From: Raillietiella orientalis
Taxonomy: Eukaryota
NCBI GenBank assembly: GCA_036172245.1
Contig: JAYWIR010000030.1
Coordinates: 310,001-374,000 of the forward strand
DNA: 64,000 nucleotides
Direction: 5' to 3'
Shown here: piece after piece, positions 61,501 through 64,000 of the stretch
Position numbering within the stretch: position 1 is the first letter of the stretch
Layout of the letters: each line of letters starts with the position of its first letter
The notes under the pieces: model-generated
Told to the model about the DNA's origin: nothing
Seen by the model: only the letters and a program-made list of their open reading frames with translations
Databases searched by the model: none
Program-made: the position numbers and the translations under genes

Positions 61501-62848
61501 ATCATATTCCATTTTCTCAAGTAGGAATGTTATCTTCTTTGTGTATTGTCTGTCTAAGACCGTACAGAAATTACAATAATGATATTAGTTTCTTAGAGTT
61601 TCTTATTTTCTATGACTTATTTTCTATTTGAGCATTTATTCTAGACCTCATTTATTGCTGTTTCCATTGTTAAAATGTCTAACTACATAAAAAAAGATTA
61701 AGAAGATCTAACGCCATAAGCATGCTTTTGATCCTTAACTAAATTTTGCAATTCTATTTCGGACAAGCAGAAGTAAGAAATATAACTTGCAAAATTTTAG
61801 TTATTAAGCAAAGGGTGTCACAAAGCAAGCCTGGTATTTCATGTAGTAAAGTCGAAAGGAGGAATGGCATGGCATACATGTTAACGATACCAACTGTGAA
61901 ATTTTGTGTAAAAGATATACCGTTTTCCCCATAAAGCTTAAGTAAGAGTATTGCTGCACTATATTGAAATCTCGAACTAGTTTGTGGTTATTGCATCATC
62001 TGTTCGTTCCTATTTTCTTTTTCGTTTAGTTTTCAATCTGCGTGAGGACCTTGGAAATAGGAATACGAGTGCATTCCTTGTTTCTAAATGGGTGTTTCCA
62101 TCCATGATAGTTCTACGTTTAAACAGCTACACTTTCGAGCCAAGTGCCTGGAACACGGAAAAATAACGTAATAAGCAGTCATCAGACCCGGGGTGACTGT
62201 ACGCTAAAAACCAGGGGGCAAAAAGTACGGGGAGTGATTGTAAGTTTAGCTGTTCGAACGATTTGTCTTCATGATGCACACCAAGAAGAAAGAAGGTGGA
62301 CATAAAGTTTCCGATTTCGATGCGTTGAACCCATGTTTTCAGTTATGGAAGTGTGTCGAGAGTTCACTTATTGATGCTATTTATGTTACCAGCTCCTCAG
62401 CAGTTAGTATTGTATACGGCATCTATTAATGGCTTCATGCACGAGTGCTGCTTTTGTAATTCCGCATATTCATGTTACTTGGTTTAAATTCTGATATTAC
62501 GGGGTGATTTTTTTCCAGCGTTTTGCTTGTTTCGTGTATGCCATTAACGTTTGTGAATCCGATTCATTATAACCTCATTCATGATGCAAAGTAATATGAA
62601 ATGAACAGGCATTCAATACACTTGCACGTGCGTGTGGCATTGTAAATGATTCATTCTATTCAGTTGATTGTAATTTGTTTTAAATCTTTCAAAGGTGAAC
62701 ATTCTCATGAAATGAAAATTATGGTATTTATAGTTACAATAAGTTTTGAAATAAAAAATTCAGAGATAGGTACTTAAGTACAGATGGATCACGTTTTTGA
62801 TTAATACAGAATTATAAGTAAGGCTTCATCTTTTATAAAATTGTAAAG

Positions 62849-64000
62849 ATGATGACATTACTACCAAAAACTCATCACGAATTCGCAGATCCAGCATATT
62901 GGGAAGAATTTTTTAAAAAACAACGGACCACATTTGAATGGTAAGGAAGAGAATCAGTAATCAAACTTCAACCACAACTTTAGTCGATGATATGTGATTT
63001 TTGTTTTCTTAAAGGAGGATTTTTATGATTGATTAGATGTTCCTAGCGATGCTTATTTATATAGTTTGTGAGATCAGAAAGCAGTTTCAGGATGAAAATG
63101 AAATTGTGTTTGTTTTTTGCAATTGTGAATCTTCTTTTTTAGGTATGGTAGTTATGAAAAATTTGCAAACCTTTTTGACAGATATATCAAAAAAAACGAT
63201 CCCATTCTTATTGTTGGTTGTGGAAATTCAAATCTCAGTCCAGAATTATATGATAACAGCTACAGGTATAGTTGTATTCCATCTAATGAAATGATTTAGG
63301 ATCTAAATAGGAACCAAGTAAATATAGACACTAGCAAAGTAGTTTTGAAACAGATGAAGAATAAGCATTCTAGAAAGCGACCACTTATGCAGTTCAAGCA
63401 AATGTCTTTAATGAACCTTGAATTTCCAGATGAAAGTTTTTCATGTGTTTTAGACAAGGGCACATTAGATGCCCTTTTTATTGAAAACTCTGAATGCAAC
63501 ATTGTGACTATTGAGAAGGCATTTTGCGTAAGAAAATAATGCATATTCCTTCTGTCTCTAAACTAGGTGCAGAATATTTCACGGGTTTTAACATTTGGTG
63601 GTCGATATATTTGTATATCCTTGCTGCAAAGGCATATTTTGATTAAACTGGTGAATTGGTTTCACTCAAATGGATTTATGATCCAGATTCACAGATGCAT
63701 AGAAGCTGAAGAATACAAGGAACTGAAACTACCAATTTTTATGGTAGTTGCAATGAAGCTGAAGCCAATTTCTGGATGTGTGCCTGTAAGTAGTATTGAA
63801 TTTACACTGTTTGCATCGTTTTCTAAGAAATCATTTGTACTCAGTAGTTCACTTTTAGCCACTTATTCTCAGTTTACAAGGGCAAATGGACAAAGTAGAT
63901 TCAGAGGAAATGTTGATAAATGGTGTGCTCTCTTTGCAACAATATGTCTGGATTACTAATCGGATTCAATCTGGTTCCTTCCATGGTGACAACATTTCTG
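62849..64000 (+). CDS. METTL13: eEF1A lysine and N-terminal methyltransferase (5' part; runs off the window)
   Basis: Exons 62849-62940, 63143-63265, 63311-63527, 63573-63785 and 63859->64000 splice to MMTLLPKTHHEFADPAYWEEFF..FEWYG..ILIVGCGNS..VNIDTS..VLDKGTLDALF..RVLTFGGRYICISLLQRHIL..QQYVW, matching the METTL13 N-terminal domain. Confidence 0.95.

Overview
Eukaryotic (invertebrate animal) genomic DNA with short spliceosomal introns of about 45 nt; not prokaryotic. The AT-rich flanks carry host sequence, including the 5' part of METTL13 at the right end. The central ~52 kb (6.2-58.6 kb) is a dense, nested cluster of decayed L1/Tx1-like non-LTR retrotransposons in both orientations. It also holds a truncated APEX1 copy, a divergent PEBP-like spliced gene and possible remnants of other retroelement classes. 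The main surprise is two diverged endogenous CRESS (circular Rep-encoding ssDNA) virus insertions from the same viral lineage. One is a nearly intact Rep at 11.4-12.35 kb. The other, largely invisible in the ORF track, is a decayed ambisense genome (Rep minus strand, Arg-rich Cap plus strand) at 3.1-5.2 kb. The two copies share a Rep splice acceptor at the same position and an identically spaced TATA/initiator promoter. The LINE family also carries a conserved structured 3' UTR (pseudoknot-like element) and ends in AATAAA plus a hairpin instead of a poly(A) tail. All alignments were made by eye, and the boundaries of decayed elements are approximate.
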